A stretch of DNA of 32,000 nucleotides from an archaeon. GTDB lineage: Archaea > Iainarchaeota > Iainarchaeia > Iainarchaeales > CSSED10-239. Under the pieces are notes generated by a model, which saw nothing but the letters and a program-made list of their open reading frames with translations, ran no database searches and was not told the origin of the DNA. This document shows, piece by piece, positions 17,183 through 25,693 of the stretch (position 1 is its first letter; every line of letters starts with the position of its first letter). Position numbers and translations under genes: made by a program. The stretch spans positions 18,563 to 50,562 of the forward strand of contig JBAYPN010000002.1 of the NCBI GenBank assembly GCA_041677685.1, given 5' to 3'.

Positions 17183-17194
17183 GGTGAGTATTTT

Positions 17195-18457
17195 ATGAGA
17201 AAAAAAATGTTATTGTTATCTGTGTTATTTTTGTTAGTTATTAGTCTTTTTACTAATAGTGTTTATGCTAATATAGGAGATACTGTTAAGATAGATGCAA
17301 TACTTCTTAACCAAGATCCTGATCCTGCACAACCAGGAGATTACCTAGAACTTAGGTTTAAAATTGAAAAAACAGGAAATATGGATGTTTCAAATTTACA
17401 ATTTAAATTAGAAACAAAATATCCGTTTTCTTTTGATTCCTCAGATGATGCTATAAGGAATTTTGGAACTTGGAAAGGTCAATCTGGAAATGTTGGATAT
17501 TATACTTTATATTATAAGTTGTTAGTTGATGATGATGCTATTAAAGGAGATTATGAACTAAACTTAAAATATACATTTAATGATACTGGAGTTTGGGGTG
17601 TTAAAAAATTTGATATTAGAGTTGGAGAAAAGGTAAAACCTAATTTTATTTTAGGAACCTTAATTACCTCTCCAAGCAAACTTTTAAGTGATGTTGATGA
17701 AGCTGAACTATCAATTGAGATTACAAATATTGGAAATGGAAATGCAGAAAATGTAATTTTTGAGATGGAGTTACCAAAAGGATTTACTTCAACTTATGCT
17801 TATTCAGAGAGAGCAAATTTGGGTCTGATTTCAGGAGGTTCAACAAAGATTGCAAAAATCTATTTGGATATTGGTGATGAGGTACCTTCAGGAGAGCATG
17901 TTGCAAAAGTTAATATCAGTTATAAAGAAGAAAATGATTCTAAAAATGAATACAAAACAAAAACTTTGTTTTTAGATATACCTATTAAGAAAAAACCAAA
18001 ATTTGAGATTTTAAGTGTTGATTTGATAGGGGATGTAGAGGTTAATGCTGGAGACAAAGTTAGTTTGAAAATTAAAATTAAAAATGTTGGAAGTAAAGAT
18101 GCTGATAGTGTGTCTTTAAGGATCTTTAAAGATTCAACACAACCTTTTGAATTTATAGAAAAATCAGATGTGGTTGGGAACTTGAAGGTTGGAGAGACTG
18201 GAGAAGCCATAATTGTCTTTGAGGTAGACAAGACTGCAGCTTTTAAAAAATATATACTTGATTTAGAAATTAGATCAATTGATGGAGACTCAGTCTTGTT
18301 AGATAACAAATCTATAACTGTTGATGTTGCAAAAGAGGTTTCAAAAAATAGTAGTAATTTGGTTCCAATAATTGTGGGAATTGTGATTTTATTTTTAGTG
18401 ATTATGGTTTCATATAATTTTGGAAAGAAAAAGAATCTTGTTAAGAAAAGAAAATAG
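17195..18457 (+). CDS. Secreted, C-terminally anchored envelope protein with three CARDB/COG1361-like (S-layer domain-like) repeats
   Basis: Signal peptide MRKKMLLLSVLFLLVISLFTNSVYA. Repeats are typified by PGDYLELRFKIEKTGNMDVSNLQFKLE, AELSIEITNIGNGNAENVIFEMELP and DKVSLKIKIKNVGSKDADSVSLRIF. C-terminal TM (LVPIIVGIVILFLVIMVSY) plus a KKKNLVKKRK tail. Confidence 0.7.
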   Translation: MRKKMLLLSVLFLLVISLFTNSVYANIGDTVKIDAILLNQDPDPAQPGDYLELRFKIEKTGNMDVSNLQFKLETKYPFSFDSSDDAIRNFGTWKGQSGNVGYYTLYYKLLVDDDAIKGDYELNLKYTFNDTGVWGVKKFDIRVGEKVKPNFILGTLITSPSKLLSDVDEAELSIEITNIGNGNAENVIFEMELPKGFTSTYAYSERANLGLISGGSTKIAKIYLDIGDEVPSGEHVAKVNISYKEENDSKNEYKTKTLFLDIPIKKKPKFEILSVDLIGDVEVNAGDKVSLKIKIKNVGSKDADSVSLRIFKDSTQPFEFIEKSDVVGNLKVGETGEAIIVFEVDKTAAFKKYILDLEIRSIDGDSVLLDNKSITVDVAKEVSKNSSNLVPIIVGIVILFLVIMVSYNFGKKKNLVKKRK

Positions 18458-18669
18458 TTTTTTCTTTCTCTAACATTTTTTTATATCTTTTTTTTCTAAT
18501 GTTTTTTAATTTAATTTTTAAAGGCAATCAATTTTTTAATAATTAAAATTATTTTTCAGGTAACTCATTTTTAAGAAAAAGATTTTTTTTAAAGTTAAAT
18601 AATTTTAAAGTATATTTGATTTGATTTAAAAACTAAACTATAAGAAATAAGAAAAAAGAAAGAAAAAAG

Positions 18670-19353
18670 TTATTTTTTCTTAACTTTTTTAGGTGCCACA
18701 AGTTCTAAAATCTGCTTAGAGTATTCTCTAACTGAACCACTAAATCCAATTCCAATTGCTATTGCTAGTGCTAAAACAATTCCTCCAACAATAATTAGAA
18801 TTATTGTTTCTATAAACCCTATCTGTACACCAATTTGTTTTAAAGCAACATCTAGAATCAGAACAATTATTGTTACTTGGATTATATCTGAAACTACTTT
18901 TGAAACTTTGTGATCTTTTGACACATGAATATTTCTTGAAACCATCTTTGCTAAGATTAAACCAAAAACTGTAATTATTATTGCAAAGATTACACTTGGT
19001 ACCCATAGTGCAAACTTAGTAATTAGTGATGAAAGCTCAGGCAATCTAATTAATGCTGCTGCTGGTGCTAAAAAAGCAATGAATATTCCCCACTTAATTA
19101 ATTGACCAATTAAATTTGATAATTTTATATTTAATAGGATATGTGAAAAATCATTTTTCTTAACCCAATTGTCTAGCTTCCATCTAACTAGTAAATTTTT
19201 AATAATGTGCCCAAATAGTAAACCAATTAAAAATCCAATTACCACAACAATTATTGCACCAATCAGACCTGGTAAATAGATTACTAAGTTATGCCAAATG
19301 TGTGTAAGTGGATTTATTGTTGCATTCCCTACTTCAACTAAAGTGTTACTCAT
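18670..19353 (-). CDS. Membrane protein with repeated 'conserved TM helix' units (as found N-terminal to MscS-like channels)
   Basis: AAGGGGG SD. Four or five TM helices with repeating units such as LPGLIGAIIVVVIGFLIGLLFGHIIKNLL and IFAIIITVFGLILAKMVSRNI. No MscS beta-domain is present. Confidence 0.6.
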   Translation of the reverse strand: MSNTLVEVGNATINPLTHIWHNLVIYLPGLIGAIIVVVIGFLIGLLFGHIIKNLLVRWKLDNWVKKNDFSHILLNIKLSNLIGQLIKWGIFIAFLAPAAALIRLPELSSLITKFALWVPSVIFAIIITVFGLILAKMVSRNIHVSKDHKVSKVVSDIIQVTIIVLILDVALKQIGVQIGFIETIILIIVGGIVLALAIAIGIGFSGSVREYSKQILELVAPKKVKKK

Positions 19354-19513
19354 GTTTTAAACCCCCTTCTATTTTTTTATTTTTTTTAAGAACAATGATA
19401 ATATTAATATTAAAAACCTTTAAAAAGGGTGATTTTTTTAAACAAAAGAAATTTAAAGGCTAATAGGTTAATATTTTATCTTGAAAGGATAAATAAAATT
19501 TATATGATAGAAT

Positions 19514-19846
19514 ATGAAAGTAAATAAAAATTTAAAAAAGTTATCTAAACTTAGAAAAGAAAGATTAAAACCTAATGGTTGTAAAAACCATCATCTACAA
19601 GAATATCAAGAAATATTTAGTAAACAATTAAATTCTTTTTTAAAAAATAATATTTCTGATCAAAGGATATTTAAGCAATACCAAAAAGCAATTGATGTTT
19701 TTTTTATAAGTAAAGTTTGTAGACAAGATCTTAATGTGTCTAAAAATAATTTTATAAATTTAAAACAATTTATTTTAGAAAATAAAAATAATTTGGGTGA
19801 ATTTAAGACAAGGGTTGCTTTTCAAAGAATACTTATAAATAAATAA
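19514..19846 (+). CDS. Hypothetical basic protein (110 aa)
   Basis: ORF only; no SD and no recognised motif. Confidence 0.35.
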   Translation: MKVNKNLKKLSKLRKERLKPNGCKNHHLQEYQEIFSKQLNSFLKNNISDQRIFKQYQKAIDVFFISKVCRQDLNVSKNNFINLKQFILENKNNLGEFKTRVAFQRILINK

Positions 19847-19913
19847 TTTCAATATTTTTAAGTTATTGTTTTTTTTATTTTTAATTTTAGAAAAAAATAA
19901 TATGGTTCTTTAT

Positions 19914-20342
19914 TTAGTTTGTTAGTTTGTTAGAAATCCAAAAGGATAAAAAACCTACAAAAGCAAAAATGAAGTAAATTGGATTAATGAAGTAGAGAGG
20001 AGATGAAAGTAATAATCCTGCAGGAAATGATTGAAAGATTTTTCTATTTTTAATCAGTAGTGCAAAGATTATAATTATTATTAAGAATGTAACACCATTA
20101 ACAATGAATTTAGAAACTAATAAAATAAATGCAATTACAATTATTGAAATTAGACCGATCTGATTTTTATTTGACTTGATGGCGTTTGAATCATTTGCCA
20201 TGTCAGGTATAAACATATAAATTACAAATGTTAGGATAAGTATATAGATTGGATATGCTATTATGTCTGTTATTCCTGCAAGAGTTCTGTAGATAATGTA
20301 GAACAGTAGTGCTCCTATAAACAATCTAATTCCTTCATTCAT
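19914..20342 (-). CDS. Hypothetical integral membrane protein (4 TM, no Cys)
   Basis: Four clear hydrophobic helices separated by short polar loops. No family recognised. Confidence 0.55.
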   Translation of the reverse strand: MNEGIRLFIGALLFYIIYRTLAGITDIIAYPIYILILTFVIYMFIPDMANDSNAIKSNKNQIGLISIIVIAFILLVSKFIVNGVTFLIIIIIFALLIKNRKIFQSFPAGLLLSSPLYFINPIYFIFAFVGFLSFWISNKLTN

Positions 20343-20577
20343 GCTTTTCTTCTCAGTTTTTTTTATTTTTTAATTTTAATTTTAGTAAATTATAACTATA
20401 TTAAGTTAAAAAAAGTATTTAAATGTACTTATATTTGTAAAATTGTTTTCTTGGAAATATTTTCTTGAAAATTTGTGTTTAAAGATTATTTTTTGATTTG
20501 TAGGAATATTTATAAATTCTTCATAGTAATTATGTATAGTAAAAACCAACTATAACCTTTTAGGGGAGTGAGGTAAA

Positions 20578-20718
20578 ATGAGAAAAGCATCAATTAAAAA
20601 GAAAGTAAAAAACAGAGTTTTACAAACAGCAAAGAGAGTTAAAAATAGTAATAAAGACAGGGGACCTATGACAAAAGAGATTGCAGAAAAGATACTTAAA
20701 GCAACTAAAAAGAAGTAA
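20578..20718 (+). CDS. Unannotated 46-aa highly basic small protein
   Basis: Not in the ORF track because it is under 60 aa. Strong SD GGGGAGTGAGGT at 20563-20574, then ATG 20578 and TAA 20716-20718. Translation by hand: MRKASIKKKVKNRVLQTAKRVKNSNKDRGPMTKEIAEKILKATKKK. Confidence 0.4.
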   Translation: MRKASIKKKVKNRVLQTAKRVKNSNKDRGPMTKEIAEKILKATKKK

Positions 20719-20799
20719 ATTAAATTAAATTAAAAACAGTAAACTTAAAATAAACTTAATACAAAAACATAAAAACAAAAATTAATAAATAAAAAATGA

Positions 20800-21270
20800 T
20801 TGTTCTTAAATTATAAGATGATTGAAACAATAATTAAAATTTGTAAGGTATTAGACAAAAACAAAATTGATTATTTTATAAGTGGAGGGTCTTCTTTATT
20901 TTTAAGAAATTTGATAACATCTACAAAGGATATAGATATTACAGTATTTTTTAAAGATCTCAAGAAAATTAAATTTCTATTTCTTGGTAACAAAATTATT
21001 TTAGAAGAAAAGTATCGTTTAGTTTTTGACATAGATGGTTGTGAAATTGAGTTTATGGGAGTGCCTAAAGCCAAAGATCCTATTTCTTTTGAGGTTTTAA
21101 AAAATAAATCTAAAATGGTTGATGTGCTAATTGTAAATGATCGGAAATTAAATTTAATTAAAATAGAACAACTATTAAAATTATACAAACTTGTTTATAA
21201 TAGAGGTGGTTGTAAAATTCAAAAACATAAAAAAAGAATTGAATTTTTAGAAAAAATTATTAATGAATAA
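20800..21270 (+). CDS. Pol-beta-superfamily nucleotidyltransferase (Lnu/ANT-like minimal NTase)
   Basis: IDYFISGGSSLFLRNLITSTKDIDITV fits the hG[GS]x9-13Dh[DE]h nucleotidyltransferase signature. The probable start is ATG 20818 (MIETII). Confidence 0.6.
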   Translation: MFLNYKMIETIIKICKVLDKNKIDYFISGGSSLFLRNLITSTKDIDITVFFKDLKKIKFLFLGNKIILEEKYRLVFDIDGCEIEFMGVPKAKDPISFEVLKNKSKMVDVLIVNDRKLNLIKIEQLLKLYKLVYNRGGCKIQKHKKRIEFLEKIINE

Positions 21271-21326
21271 ATTTTTGAATTCTTTAATATAATTTAATCT
21301 AAAAAACAATTTATTTTAAAAGGCCT

Positions 21327-22028
21327 CTATTGTATTTGAGCAAGTTGTCTATCAATTACTTCTTTAAATACTTCAAAAGGTTGAGCTCCAATTATTAATT
21401 CTCCGTTAATTACAAAAGCTGGAGTGCCTGTAACACCTTCTGTTTGACCAACTTTAAAATCATTAAGAACTTCTGCTTTTTGATCCCTATTGTCTAAACA
21501 ACTATTAAATTGTTCAGTGTTTAGGCCTATGTCTTTTGCAAATCTTTTATAACTTGTTGTTCCACCACTAACACCTTTCTCAAATAGTAAGTTGTGCATC
21601 TCATAATATTTTCCTTGTTCTCCTGCACATTCAGCTGCTTCTGCTGAAACTTGAGCATATTTATGATTACTGATTGGGAAGTCTCTGTACACTAATTTTA
21701 CTAACCCCTTGTCTATGTATTCAGATTGTATTTGAGGTAGTGTTTCGTAATAGAATCTCTGACAAAAGGAGCACTCATAATCACTAAACTCTATGATTGT
21801 TATTGGGGCATCAGGATCTCCTTTAATTGCATCATCATCAATTAGTTTATTTTGTGGAAGTTCTAGATTTACATCTTGTAAATTATTATTTGGAAGAATT
21901 ATGTTTGCTGTAATATTGGTATCTTCTTTTTTACTCACTTTTCCAATTACTATAATCAGTAACATTATTATAATAACAGATAGTAATAAAATTAACCAAT
22001 TTTTATTTTCTATAAGTTTACATGCCAT
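21327..22028 (-). CDS. Membrane-anchored DsbA-family thiol:disulfide oxidoreductase
   Basis: N-terminal TM (WLILLLSVIIIMLLIIVIG). Thioredoxin-fold active site FSDYECSFCQRF (CxxC). Typical DsbA/BdbD-like context (KGDPDAPITIIEFSDY...LVYRDFPI...GTPAFVING). GGAGATGG SD. Confidence 0.85.
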   Translation of the reverse strand: MACKLIENKNWLILLLSVIIIMLLIIVIGKVSKKEDTNITANIILPNNNLQDVNLELPQNKLIDDDAIKGDPDAPITIIEFSDYECSFCQRFYYETLPQIQSEYIDKGLVKLVYRDFPISNHKYAQVSAEAAECAGEQGKYYEMHNLLFEKGVSGGTTSYKRFAKDIGLNTEQFNSCLDNRDQKAEVLNDFKVGQTEGVTGTPAFVINGELIIGAQPFEVFKEVIDRQLAQIQ

Positions 22029-22322
22029 GTTTATCCATCTCCTTTTTTTAAATTTTTAATTTCTTTACATATAATTATTGGAAGAGAAGGTATTTAAATA
22101 TATATGATTTGCAAATCATTTGTTTGTCATCTATAATTTTGTATTTATTGTGTTTATTTAGATTTTAGGTAAGTATTTTGTGTTGCTTGCTTTAGTTGAA
22201 AAGTGATAGGTCGGTTAAATAAATCTTAAACAGAATCAGTTGTTTATAATTTAACATATATTTGTTATTTACTATAGTGATTTTTAGTATGTTTTTCTGA
22301 ATAAGTGACTGAGTAATAGAGT

Positions 22323-22349
22323 ATTGTTATTTACATTATTTGTTGGACA
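22323..22349 (+). repeat. Copy 1 of the dispersed motif ATTTACATTATTTGTTGGACA
   Basis: The 21-nt core at 22329-22349 is identical to 22441-22461 and to the reverse complement of 26621-26641. The extended match ATTGT[T/A] precedes copies 1 and 2. A 7-bp hairpin AACTTTTctgAAAAGTT follows. Confidence 0.9.
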
Positions 22350-22434
22350 GAAACTTTTCTGAAAAGTTAGTATTAAATGTAGAATGTATTTTAAAATTAA
22401 ATTTAATATTTTTAAAAGTGTCTATTTATAGATT

Positions 22435-22461
22435 ATTGTAATTTACATTATTTGTTGGACA
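22435..22461 (+). repeat. Copy 2 of the dispersed motif ATTTACATTATTTGTTGGACA
   Basis: Exact 21-mer at 22441-22461, 112 nt after copy 1 and about 120 nt upstream of the 22582 start. Confidence 0.9.
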
Positions 22462-22581
22462 TAATTTTTTATAGATATTTCTGAGTGTAATTTAAAAAAT
22501 ATTTAAAAATTAAAAACGAAAGTTCATAAACTTGTCTATGTATTATATAATTTATATTTTTGTAATTTAGGATAAATTATA

Positions 22582-23736
22582 ATGGAAGAAAATAATATTT
22601 TAGATTCTATAAAAAATAATAATAGTGTTGACAATAATTCATTTAGTGTTTCTGATAGACTAAAAGCTGATCAACAGAGATCTGTTGATCAGCAAAGATC
22701 TGATCAACAAGCAACTATTAACTTAGAAACAAATAATGATTTTAAGGACAATTCTAATCAACAAATTAATAATTTAAACAATTTTAATGAAAAAGATGTA
22801 CAAGAAGAATATATTAAATCAAATCTTGATCCAAAAAAATCAAAATCATTTTTAATAATTATTATAATAGGAATTGTTATTTTAATTATAATTTTATTGT
22901 TTATATTTTCTAAAAACAAAGTTGATCAAAATATTGTTGATGATCAAAAAGTAATTGTAAGTGGAGATTTAAACTTATCTTTAGATGCTAATGTTCAAGA
23001 TGATGTTAATAATGATGCAGTTTCTAATTTTGAAAATGATATTAATTACTATTCTGATTTTGAACTAAAGGATAGATATGCAGTCGAATTCTCTGTTTTG
23101 GAATCAGACGATATTATTAATAATTTTAAAACATTTATAGAAATAAATGCTGTTGATTCTTCTTTAGAGTCTTTTGATTATAATGTACATTACACTTATT
23201 ATAACTATAATGTGGGTGAATATAATGAGGAAGCTATTTTAATTTCTTTTTTATCCATATTAATAGCAAATTCGTATGGTCCAGGATTGAATAAAGACTT
23301 TTCAGATTTGGTGTATGATGTTTATAATGATACTAACTTTTCATTAAAGGAAGGTTATGATATTTATGATTTTGATGTAAATAATGAGTTTGTTTCAGAA
23401 ATAAGTAAAGATGAATTTTTTAAATTAAATAATAAAATTTTTATCTCTCTTAATGATGATTCTGAAGAAGGTTTTTTTGAAGAGGCTTATATGTTAGATG
23501 TTACTAAAAATTTATTAGATCTAAATAAAAATTTTAGAAATATCAATTACAAAAGTGAAACAATTTTTGCCAATGGCGAAATTGTAAGTTTAGACTTTAG
23601 TTATTTAGGTGATTATAAAAAATTCAAGTTAAATTTTTGTGTAGCTGGTGTTTGCACTTATGTTTATAATCTTGATAAGGAATGGATTACCTTAGATGAA
23701 TATTATGATTTGTCTGTAAATTCTGGTTTTCAGTAA
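22582..23736 (+). CDS. Type II membrane-anchored hypothetical protein (384 aa) with N/Q/D-rich cytoplasmic head
   Basis: Low-complexity head with ADQQRSVDQQRSDQQ, then DPKKSKS and a TM (FLIIIIIGIVILIIILLFIF), then a D/N/Y-rich ectodomain. The juxtamembrane PKKSK motif is shared with the 8877 protein. Confidence 0.65.
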   Translation: MEENNILDSIKNNNSVDNNSFSVSDRLKADQQRSVDQQRSDQQATINLETNNDFKDNSNQQINNLNNFNEKDVQEEYIKSNLDPKKSKSFLIIIIIGIVILIIILLFIFSKNKVDQNIVDDQKVIVSGDLNLSLDANVQDDVNNDAVSNFENDINYYSDFELKDRYAVEFSVLESDDIINNFKTFIEINAVDSSLESFDYNVHYTYYNYNVGEYNEEAILISFLSILIANSYGPGLNKDFSDLVYDVYNDTNFSLKEGYDIYDFDVNNEFVSEISKDEFFKLNNKIFISLNDDSEEGFFEEAYMLDVTKNLLDLNKNFRNINYKSETIFANGEIVSLDFSYLGDYKKFKLNFCVAGVCTYVYNLDKEWITLDEYYDLSVNSGFQ

Positions 23737-23891
23737 ATTGTTTTAGATGAATGTTGTGATTTATTAATAAATTTTCAAGATTTAAAAAAAATTATATTTA
23801 TAATAATGTATGTGCATTATCTTTAATTAACTTTTTGTTATGTATATGTTTCGCATCTGTAATTAGAGTTTGTATTTTTTAATTATTTTTT

Positions 23892-23906
23892 ATTTTTCTT
23901 ATTTTT
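23892..23906 (+). terminator. Oligo-T element ATTTTTCTTATTTTT
   Basis: Same 15-mer as at 2507-2521, and its 14-nt core recurs at 14488-14501. It lies 156 nt downstream of the 22582-23736 gene in a T-rich tract. Confidence 0.35.
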
Positions 23907-23942
23907 CTTTTTTAATATTTTATAAAGATTTTTTTTCAGATC

Positions 23943-23964
23943 ATTTTACAGTATTTGTTGGACA
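23943..23964 (+). repeat. Copy 3 (variant) of the dispersed motif: ATTTTACAGTATTTGTTGGACA
   Basis: Matches TTACAnTATTTGTTGGACA at 18 of 19 positions. Followed by T-runs. Confidence 0.75.
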
Positions 23965-24758
23965 TACTTTTTTAAAATAATTTTTTTATATTGTAAATTT
24001 TTGTTTTGATTTTATTTATCATTATTTTTTGATCTATTATTTTGCTCAAATATATTTTCTAAAAAATATTTTCAGTAGTTTTAAATAAATAGTTGTCTTT
24101 TTTAGATTTTTAGATTTCTCTCTAAATTTTTAGTTAATTTTATAGGTCAAAAGGGGTAGGGTAATTGATCAATAGATGGCAACTCCCATAAACATTGATT
24201 TTACACGGAATTTTTCACTCTTGAAAGTTCGGCTAAATGATGATTAAGCCGACTGAAGAAATTTAAGATTTTTTGTTGGTTTTAAATTTGGGGTGCTACA
24301 TAAAAATTTCTGAAATATTTTTTCTTATTACTTTTGGATTTTTCTTAAACTAATTTTTTGTTATGTAGAAGGCAAAGTAAAGATGATTTTTGTTTTTAAA
24401 AAAATTAAATTTATTTTGAGAAATATTTTTAATTTGAAAATTGTGGTGAGTTAATTTTATATGTCTTTAAATTAACAGATGTATGGTTTATACATAATTT
24501 AAATTAAAATCAGTATATTTCATTCTTTTAGTTATAAATTTTTCTAATTTCATCTCTAAATGGTTTGTCAATAGTGGTAAATAAGATAGTATAAAAATAG
24601 TATGGTAGATTTTATATTTAAGTATATCATTTTTACATAATAGTTATTGTTTAAAGGCATTAATTACTATCAATTTTAACCCACACAATTCTCTATTTAA
24701 ACTATTTGGTCCATATCTTTAATATCTATAATTAACTAATTCTATAAACAATTAAACG

Positions 24759-25568
24759 GTGCATAATCATATGGGTGTAACTTACTTAAATCAAGGTGCA
24801 GAAGAATTTCTAAATTCCTTAAAACCAGGTACCTTTCCAAAAATTGAAGAGAATGACTTTCTAAACTACCTAATAGAGGATGCAAAAAAATATCTAAACA
24901 ATTCTAATACACTAGTCTATGACAATTACAAAATTTCAAAAGAATATGATCCTTCTGAAGACTACCTATCAAAATTAGATAGTTTTTCAAAATACATGGT
25001 AATTCTTTCAATTGATATTGTTGGCTCTACAAAATTAAGTACAAAGTTAAATTTATTAGATAATGCAAAAATAATTACAATTTTCTCAAGAGCAATGGGT
25101 GCAATTATCCATAACTTTAATGGCTATGTTCTAAAATATGTAGGGGACGGAATTATTAGTTTTTTCCCAGAACCTGACTATAATGGAATGCATGACAATG
25201 CTTTATACTGTGCATATACTATGAAAAAGTATATTATTAAATTTCTAAACCCATTACTTAAAGAAAAAAATTTGCCAGAACTTAATTTCAGAATTGGTAT
25301 TAATTCAGGAGAGGTTATTAAAACAATTGTTGGATATAATAAAATTAAACAACATTTTGATCTGATTGGTAAAACCATAAATATAGCTGCAAAAGTTCAA
25401 AGTATACCTTTAGACAACAGTATACTATTAAGTCAAAATATAAATCCTTTATTACATAATTTTTGGAAAGAAAAACTAAAAGAAATTGAGTTGTCAAGTG
25501 ATTGGGATTTAAAAAAAATTGATGAAAATAAAGATTATAAGGTTTACATTCTAGATGCTCTTTTTTAA
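24759..25568 (+). CDS. Class III nucleotidyl (adenylate/guanylate-type) cyclase, stand-alone catalytic domain with about 80-aa unknown N-terminal region
   Basis: ILSIDIVGSTKL (metal Asp 1), LKYVGDGIISFF (metal Asp 2) and RIGINSGEV...FDLIGKTINIAAKVQS (Asn block) appear in canonical order. The probable start is ATG 24771 (GGTG at 24757-24760). Confidence 0.8.
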   Translation: MHNHMGVTYLNQGAEEFLNSLKPGTFPKIEENDFLNYLIEDAKKYLNNSNTLVYDNYKISKEYDPSEDYLSKLDSFSKYMVILSIDIVGSTKLSTKLNLLDNAKIITIFSRAMGAIIHNFNGYVLKYVGDGIISFFPEPDYNGMHDNALYCAYTMKKYIIKFLNPLLKEKNLPELNFRIGINSGEVIKTIVGYNKIKQHFDLIGKTINIAAKVQSIPLDNSILLSQNINPLLHNFWKEKLKEIELSSDWDLKKIDENKDYKVYILDALF

Positions 25569-25693
25569 ATTTTTTTTATTTTCTAAAAATTTAAAATTAA
25601 GAAACTTTTAAAATATATCTGGTTATATATTGTTTAATAAATTTATATTTAAAATAAGAAAAATAAAAAAAATAAAAAAGGGAGTTTTAAATT

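Noticed and set aside
18740-19006. 88-aa alternative-frame ORF on the same strand as the TM-helix membrane protein.
   Set aside because: It lies wholly inside the longer, SD-preceded ORF 18670-19353, whose helices are convincing. The product is Cys/Asn/Ser/Arg-rich and looks like off-frame noise.
19514-19846. The 110-aa basic protein considered as an N-terminal (SAM-like) fragment of a tyrosine recombinase.
   Set aside because: There is only a vague helical or basic resemblance. No catalytic R-H-R-Y region is present and no adjacent remnant. Evidence is insufficient.
22106-22117. Perfect 12-nt palindrome GATTTGCAAATC in the DsbA/22582 divergent intergenic region.
   Set aside because: It is a single short palindrome in AT-rich DNA with no second copy in the window. 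It could be an operator, but there is nothing to support that.
24229-24312. Possible C/D-box sRNA: ATGATGA (24238-24244) and CTGA (24253-24256, 24309-24312).
   Set aside because: The spacing does not fit the archaeal C / about 12 nt / D' / C' / about 12 nt / D layout. There are only 8 nt between the C-like and D'-like boxes, no C' box, and the next CTGA is over 50 nt away. In AT-rich DNA these short boxes occur by chance.
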